The position numbers and the translations under genes were made by a program. Below are positions 10,524 to 21,900 of a stretch of 64,000 nucleotides of DNA, in pieces. Under the pieces are notes generated by a model. That model was not told the DNA's origin. It saw only the letters and a list, made by a program, of their open reading frames with translations, and did not search any database. The stretch lies in contig OY970325.1 of NCBI GenBank assembly GCA_963717145.1, positions 4,448,001-4,512,000 of the forward strand, given 5' to 3'. This stretch comes from an uncultured Armatimonadetes bacterium (lineage in GTDB: Bacteria; Armatimonadota; UBA5829; DTJY01). Numbering within the stretch: the stretch's first letter is position 1; each line of letters begins with the position of its first letter.

Positions 10524-11108
10524 CTAGGGCTTCTGTTTGAGTTTCAATGTAAGTAAGTACGATCGCAGCCCCGGATATTCCTTCGAATTCTCGATAATGT
10601 CCTCAAGATTCCCGCCGGCCATCCCATAGCTTGATGGGGCATCTCCAATCAGATAGGCCTGCTGCCAGAACTCGTCCTCGATACCCGAGGCATCACTTAA
10701 CTCGCATTGGGTACTTAGACCTGCACGGCGGGAATCGTCTGGAATGACAACCTCTCGTCTAGTACTCTCACTGCCTTGGGACTTCAGATCAAACGTGAGA
10801 TCGATGCCTTTATCCCAGGTACAGACGGCAAGAGACCCTTTCTGCGATATCTCCTCGAACGTGTAGCTCTGAATCTTGTCTACTTTGCCGTTCTGGACCA
10901 CCTTCAAGGCGAACTCGCAACTCGGCTTCCCCTTGGGGATGATACTGAAAACCTGAACCTTCTGTGTCTTGAATTCATACTCAGCCCCGGCTTCTACGGT
11001 CAAAGAGGGTGGGGTAGAATAGTGGGTGTTGGTCCGAGTCCCCTTTGAGCACGATGCGACCGTAAGCAATCCGAGAAGAAGCATCAAACCTATGGACCTG
11101 TTGATCAC
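10524..11108 (-). CDS. Hypothetical lipoprotein, lower-GC insert
   Basis: Lipobox LTVASC after a hydrophobic stretch; visibly more AT-rich than its neighbours. Confidence 0.6.
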   Translation of the reverse strand: MINRSIGLMLLLGLLTVASCSKGTRTNTHYSTPPSLTVEAGAEYEFKTQKVQVFSIIPKGKPSCEFALKVVQNGKVDKIQSYTFEEISQKGSLAVCTWDKGIDLTFDLKSQGSESTRREVVIPDDSRRAGLSTQCELSDASGIEDEFWQQAYLIGDAPSSYGMAGGNLEDIIENSKEYPGLRSYLLTLKLKQKP

Positions 11109-11217
11109 GCAAAGCCTCCGATAGCCAGCTTGACATCACAAAGCTTGCTACCGAATAATACCAACTCGTAATCAGCCTGTCAATCATCTGATCATCTTGC
11201 CCCATTCATAATCCGCT

Positions 11218-13188
11218 CTACGCCCGGTCTGCTTTGCGCTTGGAAAGCTCTTCGACCTTCGCCTGGTACGCCATCACCGTCGTCACGAAGGCCGCGTGGC
11301 TCCACGTCAGGGGCATCACCGCGAGCGGATGACCGGTGAACGGGTGCACCTGCTCCGGAAGCAGCCCCGCCTCCGACGCATGACGCGTCGCCCAACGGAT
11401 CAGGTCCATCGCCGGCTCGAGGTCGCGGTAGCTCCGGGCCACCGCGATGTACCACTCCGCCATCCAGAGCGTCGAGATGAACCAGGGGTTTCCCGGCACG
11501 CGCTTTACGTCGTTGCTCGCCTGGAAGTAGTGGTCGTCCTCGTACCTGGCGATTCCTCCGACCGGGGAGCGGACCCACAGCCGGTCGTAGATCGCCTCCA
11601 TCGTGAACGCCACCCGCGGATCGTCCGGCGGGAGAAGCTCGAACAGGAAGAGCGCCGTCATGCTCGCGTCGATCGTCGGATCCTGGGCCAGGTCGGGGTC
11701 GATCAGACTGCGGACGAACCGGCCGTGCTCGGAGTCGAAGAACCGCTGGATGATCGACGCCTTGAGCCGATCTCTCGCCTCGGAGTACTTCTCCGCATTC
11801 TCCTTGTCGAAGATCCGCGCGAGCCGCGCCGCCCCGGAGAACGCCGCATAGACGGCGCAGCACGTGAACATATGGACGCCGCGCGTCTGCTCCCACAGGT
11901 CATAGCTCGGACGAGGGAGACCTGTCCGCTCGTCGATGCCGCCGATCATGTAGTCCACCGCCGGGACGACCAGGTCGCCGTAGATCGATTCCGTGAACTG
12001 TTTGTCCCGCCAGCGGTCGTAGTGCTTCCGTACCGCCCACAGCACGAGCGCGGTGCTGTCCTGCTGACACGGAACCTCCATGCTGTCGTCCGTGATCCAC
12101 GGATGCCACGTGGCCCCGACGTTCCCATCGGGCGAGTACTTCTGCAGGAAGTACGGACGGTGACGTGGCAGAATCCCGGCGCAGAATGAGAAGAACCGCC
12201 GCGCGGGCTCGGCGCATCCCGCGAGATCGAGCGCGCGAGCGGCAAATGCCCCGTCGCGCGGCCACACATAGCTGTAATGCGCCCGCGCGGTCTGCATGAT
12301 GTCCGTGTCGTTCGCGGCCAGTATCCCGCCCGATCGGTCCGCTTGCGTCATCAGCACGAGGAGGCTGCGCTCGTGCAATTCGGCTACCGACGCGGGCACG
12401 GGCGCATCGAGGGCCGTCCGTTTGCTCAGCCACGTCTTCCAGTGGTTCGCCGATTCCCCGAGCAGCGTCTCAAGCGGCGTCCCGACCGCCACTGTGTTCA
12501 GGTCCTCGACCTCCTCCAGTGTGCGGCCGACCGCGATCCAGTAGTCGAGAGTCGCGGTGCCGTCGCCAGGGACCGCCAGTCGGAAGCTCACTGTGCTGTC
12601 CACGGATCCCTGCTCGATCGGATGCATGCTGAGCGATCCGTCCTCGGCATCACGCCACGTTCCCTCCGCGCCGCCGAATTCCTTGACCCCGGCGGCATAC
12701 TCGAAGATGCCTCCGGTGGCGGTCCGGCCGTTGATCATGAGGTAGCAGTCGCGCTTGAAGTGTACCATCGAGCCGGTGAACGGGTGGAAGAAGGTGGTGT
12801 CGCCGATATCGGATTCCCCGATGCGGAAGTCATGGCCGAAGAAGAGCCTGATCTCGCGCTCATCGTGATGGAGGTTCTCGACGGTGACCCGTCGGACGAA
12901 GATGTTCATCTCGGGATGGACGGTATCGTTGAACCTGAGACCTATTCCGAGCCGGCCGTTCGACGCGTGGACGTCGGTCGTCAGCGTCCCGGGGAGGTAT
13001 CCCAGGCGGATCGACCACGTGTCCTCGAGCCACGCGAACTGCCCGCCGACCCAGACTCCGACCCTGTTCCGGTGTCCGCCGACGTGGTTGAACAGGCCGA
13101 CGTGCGGATAGTACAGGTCGCGTATGTTCAGGTTGCGGTCGATGTTGATCAGGAGCGATCCGTTCCCGACGACCAGATCCCTGGGCAT
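11218..13188 (-). CDS. Glycoside hydrolase family 15 (glucoamylase/trehalase-like)
   Basis: MPRDLVVGNG, YSYVWPRDGA, SYDLWE, GLLPEQV, PLTWSHA. Confidence 0.9.
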   Translation of the reverse strand: MPRDLVVGNGSLLINIDRNLNIRDLYYPHVGLFNHVGGHRNRVGVWVGGQFAWLEDTWSIRLGYLPGTLTTDVHASNGRLGIGLRFNDTVHPEMNIFVRRVTVENLHHDEREIRLFFGHDFRIGESDIGDTTFFHPFTGSMVHFKRDCYLMINGRTATGGIFEYAAGVKEFGGAEGTWRDAEDGSLSMHPIEQGSVDSTVSFRLAVPGDGTATLDYWIAVGRTLEEVEDLNTVAVGTPLETLLGESANHWKTWLSKRTALDAPVPASVAELHERSLLVLMTQADRSGGILAANDTDIMQTARAHYSYVWPRDGAFAARALDLAGCAEPARRFFSFCAGILPRHRPYFLQKYSPDGNVGATWHPWITDDSMEVPCQQDSTALVLWAVRKHYDRWRDKQFTESIYGDLVVPAVDYMIGGIDERTGLPRPSYDLWEQTRGVHMFTCCAVYAAFSGAARLARIFDKENAEKYSEARDRLKASIIQRFFDSEHGRFVRSLIDPDLAQDPTIDASMTALFLFELLPPDDPRVAFTMEAIYDRLWVRSPVGGIARYEDDHYFQASNDVKRVPGNPWFISTLWMAEWYIAVARSYRDLEPAMDLIRWATRHASEAGLLPEQVHPFTGHPLAVMPLTWSHAAFVTTVMAYQAKVEELSKRKADRA

Positions 13189-13257
13189 TGTTCGTCCTCC
13201 CCTAATCATACTTCGGTGGATTGGCCGAGCACGGTTACTGTGAACAATACCGGGAGT

Positions 13258-13680
13258 CGGGAAACACGAATCTCACGAATGGACGAATATTAGGGGGAAA
13301 TCCGGATCGTAGTGGTCCAGCACGTGTGAACGTCTGGTGAGAGGTCATGCTTCTTCGATGCCGGCACACGAATGCAGAGGGAAACACGAATGGCACGAAT
13401 GGACGAATGTGGGGGAATCCCGGAGAGGACCAACCTGGTGGATATCAGTGTCACGCCATACGTCATGCTGCTTCGATGCCCGCACACGAATGCATACCGG
13501 ATTCCGGTCTTGGCGTCCCCCGGCGTCATGGCGGTTTACCATCCGGTATCGGGCATCCCGCATCCCATTCGTGCTCAGGTACGGCAGCAGAATAACCTAT
13601 CTCCGTCACCGATATCTACCGGACTGGTACTATCCAGCATTCCCCCCGCATTCGTCCATTCGTGTGATTCGTGTTTCCCC
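13258..13680. repeat. Composite direct/inverted repeat element (MITE-like) between divergent GH15 and ahpC
   Basis: GGGAAACACGAATnnCACGAATGGACGAAT at ~13259 and ~13379; inverted copy ending at 13680; direct repeats GTCATGCT.CTTCGATGCC.GCACACGAATGCA at 13344 and 13462. Confidence 0.8.
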
Positions 13681-13739
13681 CGCGTTTAGCCGAGCGACTT
13701 GCGAGGGTACTAGCTCATCAAAAGCCAAGGAGGAGCACG

Positions 13740-14264
13740 ATGTCAATCAAGATTGGGCAGCCCGCGCCGGATTTCACCATGGAAGGCGTCATGGGCAAGG
13801 AGTTCACCAAGGTCAGCCTCTCCGACTACAAGGGCAAGTGGGTGGTCTTCTACTTCTGGCCGCTCGACTTCACGTTCATATGCCCCACGGAGATCACCGC
13901 GTTCACGAAGCACATCAAGGAGATCGAGCATCTCGGCGCGCAGGTGCTCGGGGCCAGCACGGACAGCAAATTCAGCCACCTCGCCTGGGTCGATGACATC
14001 GGCGAGCAGGCATATCCGCTGCTGAGCGACATCACGAAGGAAGTCAGCCGCCGGTATGGCGTCCTGATCGAGGAGGATGGGATCGCCCTCCGCGGCCTGT
14101 TCATTATCGACCCCGAGGGGATCGTCCGCTACTCGGTCATACACGACCTCAGCGTCGGCCGGAGTATAGAGGAGACGATCCGCGTGCTGAGCGCCCTCCA
14201 GACCGGCGAGCTGTGCCCGGTCGAATGGGAGCCCGGCGAGGAGACCCTCGGCAAAGCGGCATAG
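13740..14264 (+). CDS. ahpC: 2-Cys peroxiredoxin (AhpC/Prx1)
   Basis: FWPLDFTFICPTE (peroxidatic Cys), GELCPVEW (resolving Cys). Confidence 0.93.
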   Translation: MSIKIGQPAPDFTMEGVMGKEFTKVSLSDYKGKWVVFYFWPLDFTFICPTEITAFTKHIKEIEHLGAQVLGASTDSKFSHLAWVDDIGEQAYPLLSDITKEVSRRYGVLIEEDGIALRGLFIIDPEGIVRYSVIHDLSVGRSIEETIRVLSALQTGELCPVEWEPGEETLGKAA

Positions 14265-14280
14265 GTCATAGGCACAGACA

Positions 14281-14319
14281 CAGGAGGGAGCCGGTGACCG
14301 GCTCCCTCCTGTTGTTCTT
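14281..14319 (+). terminator. Rho-independent terminator of ahpC
   Basis: CAGGAGGGAGCCGG-TGA-CCGGCTCCCTCCTG followed by TTGTTCTT. Confidence 0.7.
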
Positions 14320-14370
14320 GCGAAAGAGGTGCTATTCGTTGCGATATGATCGCCTTCCGCTATCCATCCG

Positions 14371-15294
14371 TCATTTAGCCATCTTATTAGCGAGCAGCTT
14401 CAGGTGGAATTCCCGTTCCCAGGTATCAGGCAGCCTCTCGTACGCTGCACGAGCTTCAGCGTACTTCCCATCGTTAGCGAACGCATGGCCTAAAGATACG
14501 ATGGCCAGGCGGTAGTAGTGCGGCTCGTTCTTGTATTTCTCCGCATACTCGCGAAGTGTCTTGATGTATCCGGCCTTGTCGCCGGCCAGGCCTACGGCCT
14601 TCGCCTCCCGGTAGCCGGCATCGGATGCAAAGACACCACCCCGCGCAGAGTCTGATAACCCGTGCATGATGATAGCAGCTTTATGGAGATCAGGCTTCTC
14701 TCCATGGATGTAGGTTTGGCCCTGTCTGTACAGATCAAACGCCGCCTTCTCAGCATCATTGCGTGGGGCCACTATCTCGAATGAGAGGTCAGCGACGCTT
14801 ATCTTCCCCTTCCACTCGATTCGCTTGTTACCGACGGCATCCGGTTCAGAATAGTACTCTGCCCTCAGGATATATCGCCCCACCGGAAGCTTCCCGCTGT
14901 AGGGCGAGTTGACGTCCGATTGAGTAGACTGTGATTCGCCGGGACGGAATGCCCGACCAAAGTCTTTGGGCATAGACGGTACCAGGTACGTTATCATGCC
15001 CGGCATCGGTTTGTCGCCGGATACCTGGATCACTTCAAGTCGCCAGGTCCACGACTCAGACAATTCACCCACTACTAGCGTATTTGCGCCTACGTTCGTC
15101 AAGGCCAGAGTCACGATGATCGGTTCGCTCTCTACATAGGCGGTCTTCTCGAGAGATACCTTGAACCGGATCTCTCGCTGAGTTACCTCGGCAGAGATAG
15201 GCTCACTTCTCGGCTCAGCACCTTGGCCTGCTATGGCAAGGACGAGCAGGGTTAGCATCGGGACTATATTACGAATAAAACTGTGCCGCTTCAT
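14371..15294 (-). CDS. Exported hypothetical protein (beta-rich N-terminus, TPR-like helical C-terminus)
   Basis: Signal peptide; SLEKTAYVESEPIIVTLALTNVG; C-terminal LGHAFANDGKYAEARAAY; lower GC. Confidence 0.6.
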   Translation of the reverse strand: MKRHSFIRNIVPMLTLLVLAIAGQGAEPRSEPISAEVTQREIRFKVSLEKTAYVESEPIIVTLALTNVGANTLVVGELSESWTWRLEVIQVSGDKPMPGMITYLVPSMPKDFGRAFRPGESQSTQSDVNSPYSGKLPVGRYILRAEYYSEPDAVGNKRIEWKGKISVADLSFEIVAPRNDAEKAAFDLYRQGQTYIHGEKPDLHKAAIIMHGLSDSARGGVFASDAGYREAKAVGLAGDKAGYIKTLREYAEKYKNEPHYYRLAIVSLGHAFANDGKYAEARAAYERLPDTWEREFHLKLLANKMAK

Positions 15295-15712
15295 AATTTT
15301 AACTCCGTTCTTTGGAAAATGGGGACAGGCACAGTATTTACAATCCCGTCAAGATTCTGACTCGGCATCATTACATCTACACTCCGGGCAGTTGTGCGAC
15401 TACGCTCGTCCGTCCTTATCCCACGCGGTCCGGCGACAGCGAAAACCTGAGAGTCCTATTCAGCATGTTTGACGCGCGGTAGCCCGACTCCTGTTCCCGA
15501 GAGGTGCCCCACCGCCAGACAGCCACTCCGCCCTATACGTGCTGATTGCGCTCTGGTGTGCGTGCGCGAGCGTGCCGATATTATGTATAGGAAAGAATTC
15601 CCGTTGAATGCTGCGATTTGTCGAACCTTTAGGCGGTCAAAGGCGTCTTACAACTAGGCTATATCAGTATTTTATCAACGGGGCCGAAGCGAAAACCGGT
15701 GGTTTTGCCGGG

Positions 15713-15741
15713 TTGACAAAGCACTCTTTCTGTAGTATCAT
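15713..15741 (+). promoter_or_regulatory. Sigma70-type promoter for the giant subtilase gene
   Basis: TTGACA-17 nt-TATCAT. Confidence 0.65.
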
Positions 15742-15900
15742 CAGTCTGTTATCATATACAAGGCTCGCTTCGCGTCTTTCCGTGCAGGTATCGGTTTTCC
15801 AGACGATGGGTCGGGAATGTGGTAGCAGTTGACCCCGATCCGAGGAACGCCTCACCGGAGTGAGGCGGATCTGCGCGCGGCTCGAAGAAGAGGTGTGTCC

Positions 15901-18900
15901 GTGGATGGACAACGCACGCTCGCGAGACTATTTCCCGCAATCATACTGGCGTTCATAGTTGCGGCACTTCCTGTCCTGGCGGGACCGGAGCCGGAATCCC
16001 GACAAAGGATGCACCGCCCGATTATGCGACCGACCACATAATCGTGAAGTTCGCATCCACTCCGGCCGTCGCCCAGGGTCTGAATGGCAACGTGACGACC
16101 AGAATCGCACCGGTGGACAAGCTCAACGTCAGGTTCGGCGTGAAGAGCATGAAGCCGGTGTTTCGTCGCGCCTCCCACGGGAAAGCCCTCCCGAACGGCC
16201 ACGCGAAGAAGTTCGACCGGATCTACACGGTCTCGTTCTCCAAGAAAGCCGATCCCCGCGTCGTCGCCGGTGAGTATTCCAAGCTGCCCGAGGTCGAATA
16301 CGCCGAGCCCGACTATATTCGCCACACGTTCCGAACCGACCCGAACGACCCGTACTGGCTTTCCAACAACTCCTGGGCACAGAACTACCGCGACCAGTGG
16401 GACATGGAGATCATGAAGTGCCCGGAGGCGTGGGACCTCACGACGGGCGCCCGAGCGTCATCATCGCGGTAATCGACACCGGCATAGACTACGACCACGC
16501 CGATATCGCCGCTAATATGTGGGCCAACCCCACCGAGATCCCGGGCAACGGACTCGACGACGACAGCAACGGCCGGATCGACGATGTCCGCGGCTACGAT
16601 TTCGCCTACAAAGACGGCAACCCGATGGATGGCAACGGTCACGGCACACACGTGGCGGGTACCATCGGCGCTGTAGGGAATAACGGCATCGGCATCGCGG
16701 GTGTGAACTGGAACTGCAAGCTGATGGCCGTGAAGGCACTCGACGATTCCGGAAGCGGTTACGACTCCGACCTCGCCGATGCGATCACGTATGCAGCGGA
16801 TGAGGGCGCCCAGATCATCAACATGAGCTGGGGCGGCCCCGGATTCTCCCAGACGGTTCATGCCGCCCTCGAGTATGCCCACGGTCTGGGAGTGATCCTC
16901 TGCGCCGCCGCCGGAAACTCATCGAGCGACATTGCGAGTTTCCATCCCGCGAGCGACAATAACGTCATAACGGTCACCGCCAGCGATACGACCGACGGGG
17001 CATGCTCGTTTACCAACTGGGGCATCAAAGCCGCGGTCTCCGCCCCGGGCGGGAACGGATCGACCGCACCTCCGCCATGCGCCGTGCACAACTGCCTGTC
17101 GCTCCGTGCAGGGACGACCGATGCACTCGCGGGTGACTGCGGGGCGGGCGTCGGAGTGGTTGGCGGCAACTACTACAGGCTCGCCGGCACATCGATGGCT
17201 TGTCCGCACGTGGCAGGACTCGCGGGCCTGGTGAAAGCCGCCCATCCCTCGTGGACGAACGAACAGGTCAGGCAAGCGATCCAGATGCGCGCCGATGACA
17301 TCCTCGCGCCCGGCTTCGACAAGTACGCCGGCTTTGGGCGCATCAATGCCAAGACCACGCTCACCTCGGCCGAACCGATGACGGCCTTCATAGAATCGCC
17401 GAACAGCGGGGCGGAAGTCTCCGGTGTCGCAGCTATTCGGGGCACTGCGGCCGGGAACAACCTTTCGCAGTGGACTCTCGATTTCGGTTTCGGGCATGAG
17501 CCGACCACATGGACCACCATCGGCACCGGACTATCGTCGGTCGTGAACGGCACACTTGCCAACTGGGACGTCACCGGCATTCCCGGCGGGCTGTACACGC
17601 TGCGTCTGAGGGTCACCGGTATCGGCATGCAGAATGCCGAGTACCGCATGTCGATCACCCCGAAGTCCACGGAGGGCTCCGGCCATTTCACGGAGCTGTT
17701 CGACAGCGCTCCGTTCGATCTGGCCTACAAGTCGCTCGAGTTCATCCCGGACGGCTCGGACGAATTCTACTCCATGTGCGTCAGACCGATAGCGCAACTG
17801 CCAACGAGTCCCAGCGGCGGCTCGACTCTGGCGCTCCTCGACGATGATTCCGTCCTGGTATCGCTCGCATCCGGAGCACAGGTGTCGCTCTATGGGAACG
17901 TCCGGAGTCAGTTCTACGTCGGCAGCAACGGTTACATCACCTTCGATTCGGGCGACAACAGCTACTCCGAGACCCTCAGTAACCAGTTCAGCATGAAGCG
18001 CATCTCCGCCCTGTTCGACGACCTCATACGCGGAGCCGGCAGCGTGACCTGGAGACAACTGGCTGACCATGCGGCCGTGACCTTTGTGAGCGTGTCGGAA
18101 TATGGCGCCACCACGCAGAACACGTTCCAGATCGAGCTGTTCTTTGACGGGCGAATAGTTCTGTCGTACCTGAACATCGCCGCCTCCGATGGACTTGTCG
18201 GGCTGTCTGCGGGACTGGGCGTACCGTCGGGTTTCGTCGAGAGCGATCTGTCTGGCTATCCGCAGTGCGTGATAGCCGGCCGAGCCTTGTCGCTCGTCAA
18301 GCCGAACGGTGGTGAATGCTACGAGCCGGGAAGCACAGCACGGATCCTGTGGGCCCCCACCGGGAGCAGTTGGTCGCCCAGCGATATGGTTCGAATCGAG
18401 TGTTCACCCGATTCAGGATCCTCATGGTCGCCTGTCCCAGGCGCCGGAAGTCTGGCATACAACGCGGGGTACTTCGACTGGCTGACCTCGGGATGCCCTC
18501 AGTCCACGCACTACCGGATCAGGATCACCTTCAACGGCGATGACGCTGTCAGAGACGCTTCCAATGGTGACTTCACGGTTGGCCCGGACACGATCCCCCC
18601 TGTCATCTCGCACACACCGCTGGTCGACACGTCGCGCGCCACCGGATCGTACGACGTTTACGCCGATGTCACGGATAACCTTGGAGTTGCATCGGCGACT
18701 CTGTATTGGAACAAGAACGATGGGTCGTTCACTGCAGTCGTGATGAATCCGTCGGGCGGGACAGGGCGATATGTAGGCAGCATCCCCGGCCCCAGCGTCG
18801 TCGGCGACAGGTACTGCTACTACATCGAGGCCACGGATTCGTCGCTGGCCCACAATGTCGGCAGGCTACCCACGCAACTGGGCCAGACGTTCTGTTTCTC

Positions 18901-21900
18901 GATCATCCAGCAGGTAGACTACTATGCCCAGGCGTTCATAAGCGAGCCGTTCGATCTGCAGAACACGAGCATAGAGTTCATCCCTGACGGCTCGAACAGC
19001 TTCTATGCGGCTTGCGCTCATCCGATATCGCAACTGCCGACGGATCCCGCCGCCGGCGCGCTCGTACCGCTCGGCGACGACAACTTCATCCAGATCAACC
19101 TGATGTACGGCGAGACGGTGTCGCTCTATGGGGAAGCATACAGCGGGTTCTATGTCGGCAGCAATGGATTTGTCACCTTTGAACAGGGTGACCCCGGCTG
19201 GAACGGCGCGCTCTTCGAACACTTTGCCTTCAAACGGATTTCCGCTCTGTTTACCGACTTGTATCCCAGCGACAACGTCACCAGTGCCCAAATGCCGGAT
19301 CGCATTGCGGTTACCTTTGACGGAGTTCGCCAGTACGGCGTGGCCAATGTCAACACGTTCCAGATCGAGATGTTCTTCGACGGCAGGATAACGCTGTCAT
19401 ACCTCACAGTCGAGTCGGATGCAGGGGTGGTCGGCCTGTCCGCCGGGCTCGGCATGCCGGAAGACTACGTCGGGAGCGATCTGTCCGCTTACCCGTGTGG
19501 TCCCAGGCTGACCGTAGTGAGACCGGACGGCGGTGAGTTCTATGAGCCTGGAGATATAGCCACGATAGCCTGGACGGCGGTAGGGAGCGACTGGCAGGGG
19601 GATGATACGGTCAGATTGGAAGCCTCTGCGGATAGTGGCGCCAACTGGATACAGATACCTGGAGCGGAGAGCTTGGCCTATGATGGCGGCTCGTTTGGCT
19701 GGAATACGTCAGGTTGGGCTATGTCGTCACGCTACAGGATCATGGTCATCGCAAACAGGGATTCCGCCATCAACGACGCGTCCGATGGCGACTTCTCGAT
19801 CGCGGTAGATAATGCTCCACCGGTGATCACCCATACGCCGCTCTCCGACACCAATGATGCGGAAGGCCCGTACAGAATCGGCGCCACAGTCACAGACAAC
19901 CTTGGGGTCGCATCAGTGATCCTTTACTGGAGCAGGAACGGCGGGTCCTTTACCCCGTCTGCCATGGTCCCGGCGGGGGTTAACGACGAGTACTGGGGCG
20001 ACATACCGGGTCCGAGCGCGAACTGCACCGACGGCTACTGCTACTACATGGTGGCGACAGACGCTGCCGGCATTCCTAACGCAACCCGGAGCCCAGCGTC
20101 AGGCGAGTACTGCTTCAACGTCGCAGGCCCTACCCTCGACGTGTCAACGAGTTCGATGATGTTCGGACTGCCGCCGAATGGTACCGGCAGTGAGGATATC
20201 ACTCTTACCAACAATGGCTGTGTGCCTCTCGAGTGGCAGATCATGGAGAGGGCCGCTTCCTCCTCAGTCCTATTCGAGCCGTATGCGGGTCAGACCGCCG
20301 AGCAGCGCCCGCCGGTAAACTGGTCTGCGCCACACGTCCCTGGTCGTCTGATTGTCGGCATCAAGCCCGAAGTGCAGGCCGCGGAACGTGCCGCTGTTCA
20401 CGCTCAGGCCGGGGCCAAAGCCATCCAGCGATTCGAGTTCATATCGGCGGATGTCGTGAAGGTGGATCTTGGCGACGATCTCAAGACCGTGGCCGCGAGG
20501 TATGCCGCCATGCCGGGGGTGATATATGTCGAGCCGGATTACATGGTGTCGGCCAGCGGGGTACCGAACGACCCGCTGTTCACCGATCAGTGGGGACTGC
20601 TCAACACTGGTCAGGCGGTCGGCACGCCTGATGCGGACATCGATGCTACGGATGCCTGGGACATAACCACCGACAGCCCGAGTGTCGTGGTCGCAGTTAT
20701 CGACAGTGGCGTCTGTTACACTCACCCGGACCTCGCTGCCAACATGTGGACGAACCCGGGCGAGATCCCCGGCAATGGCGTGGATGACGACGGAAACGGC
20801 CTGGTGGACGATGTCTACGGCTATGACTACGCAAACAGTGATGGCAACCCTATGGATGATTATGGGCACGGCACTCATGTGGCCGGAATCATCGGCGCCG
20901 TGGGCGATAACGGGATAGGCGTCGCCGGCCTGAGCTGGAACGTAAAGATAATGGCCCTCAAGTTCCTCGAATCAGATGGGCAGGGCGCAACGTCGAAAGC
21001 GATAAGCTGCATCCAGTACGCAATCAGCAAGGATGTTACCCTTTCCTGCAACTCCTGGGGCGGCAGTGAATACTCGACGGCGCTCTACAATGCCATCGAA
21101 GCGGCGCGGACCGCCGGACAGCTATTCGTCGCGGCCGCGGGTAACGCAGGCGTGAATAATGATGCGTCAGCGAACTACCCCAGCAGCTACAGCCATCCGA
21201 ATATCATCTCCGTCGCAGCCACTGATCGCAATGACAATCTGGCAGTATGGTCCACCGGCGGCGGGTCGAACTGGGGACTGAATACCGTCGATATCGCTGC
21301 TCCGGGCTTGGACATTATGAGCACGGTGCCGGTGGCCAACTATGAGAGCTGGAGCGGCACTTCGATGTCCGCTCCTTATGTGGCAGGAGCGTGCGCCCTG
21401 TGCATCGCTGCGAATCCCGATGCGACTCATGAGCAGATCAAGCACTGGATATTGACCGGAGCGGAACCGAAGCCTGCACTCGCAGGGAAGATGGTCACGG
21501 GCGGACGACTCAACGTGCACAACTCGGTGGTTCTTGCAGGGATCTCATGGCTCGACGAGACTCCTAAGCGTGGGGAGATACCTCCAGGAGAGAGCAGGGT
21601 CGTCACCGTGTCCGCCGATGCCGCAGGACTTGACGACGGCTTCATGGAGACAGCCAGGATTGCGATCGCGAGCAACGATTTCGCGCATCCCACGACCTTG
21701 ATATCCGTCACCTTGAACGTCGTGCGGGCAGGACGCTTCATTCGACTGGATTCCCCGAACGGTGGCGAATGGTACGAGCCGGGGACGGTTGTCAGTGTCA
21801 ACTGGACGCCGATAGGGACCGACTGGCAATACTCGGATCCGGTGAGGATCGATTGGTCCGCGGACAGCGGCCTGACCTGGTCACTGGTTCCCGGATCAGA

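Noticed and set aside
15400-15600. Riboswitch upstream of the 14371-15294 gene
   Set aside because: GTGGGCAC on the minus strand recalls c-di-GMP-II, but I could not find the pairing partner or other consensus elements.
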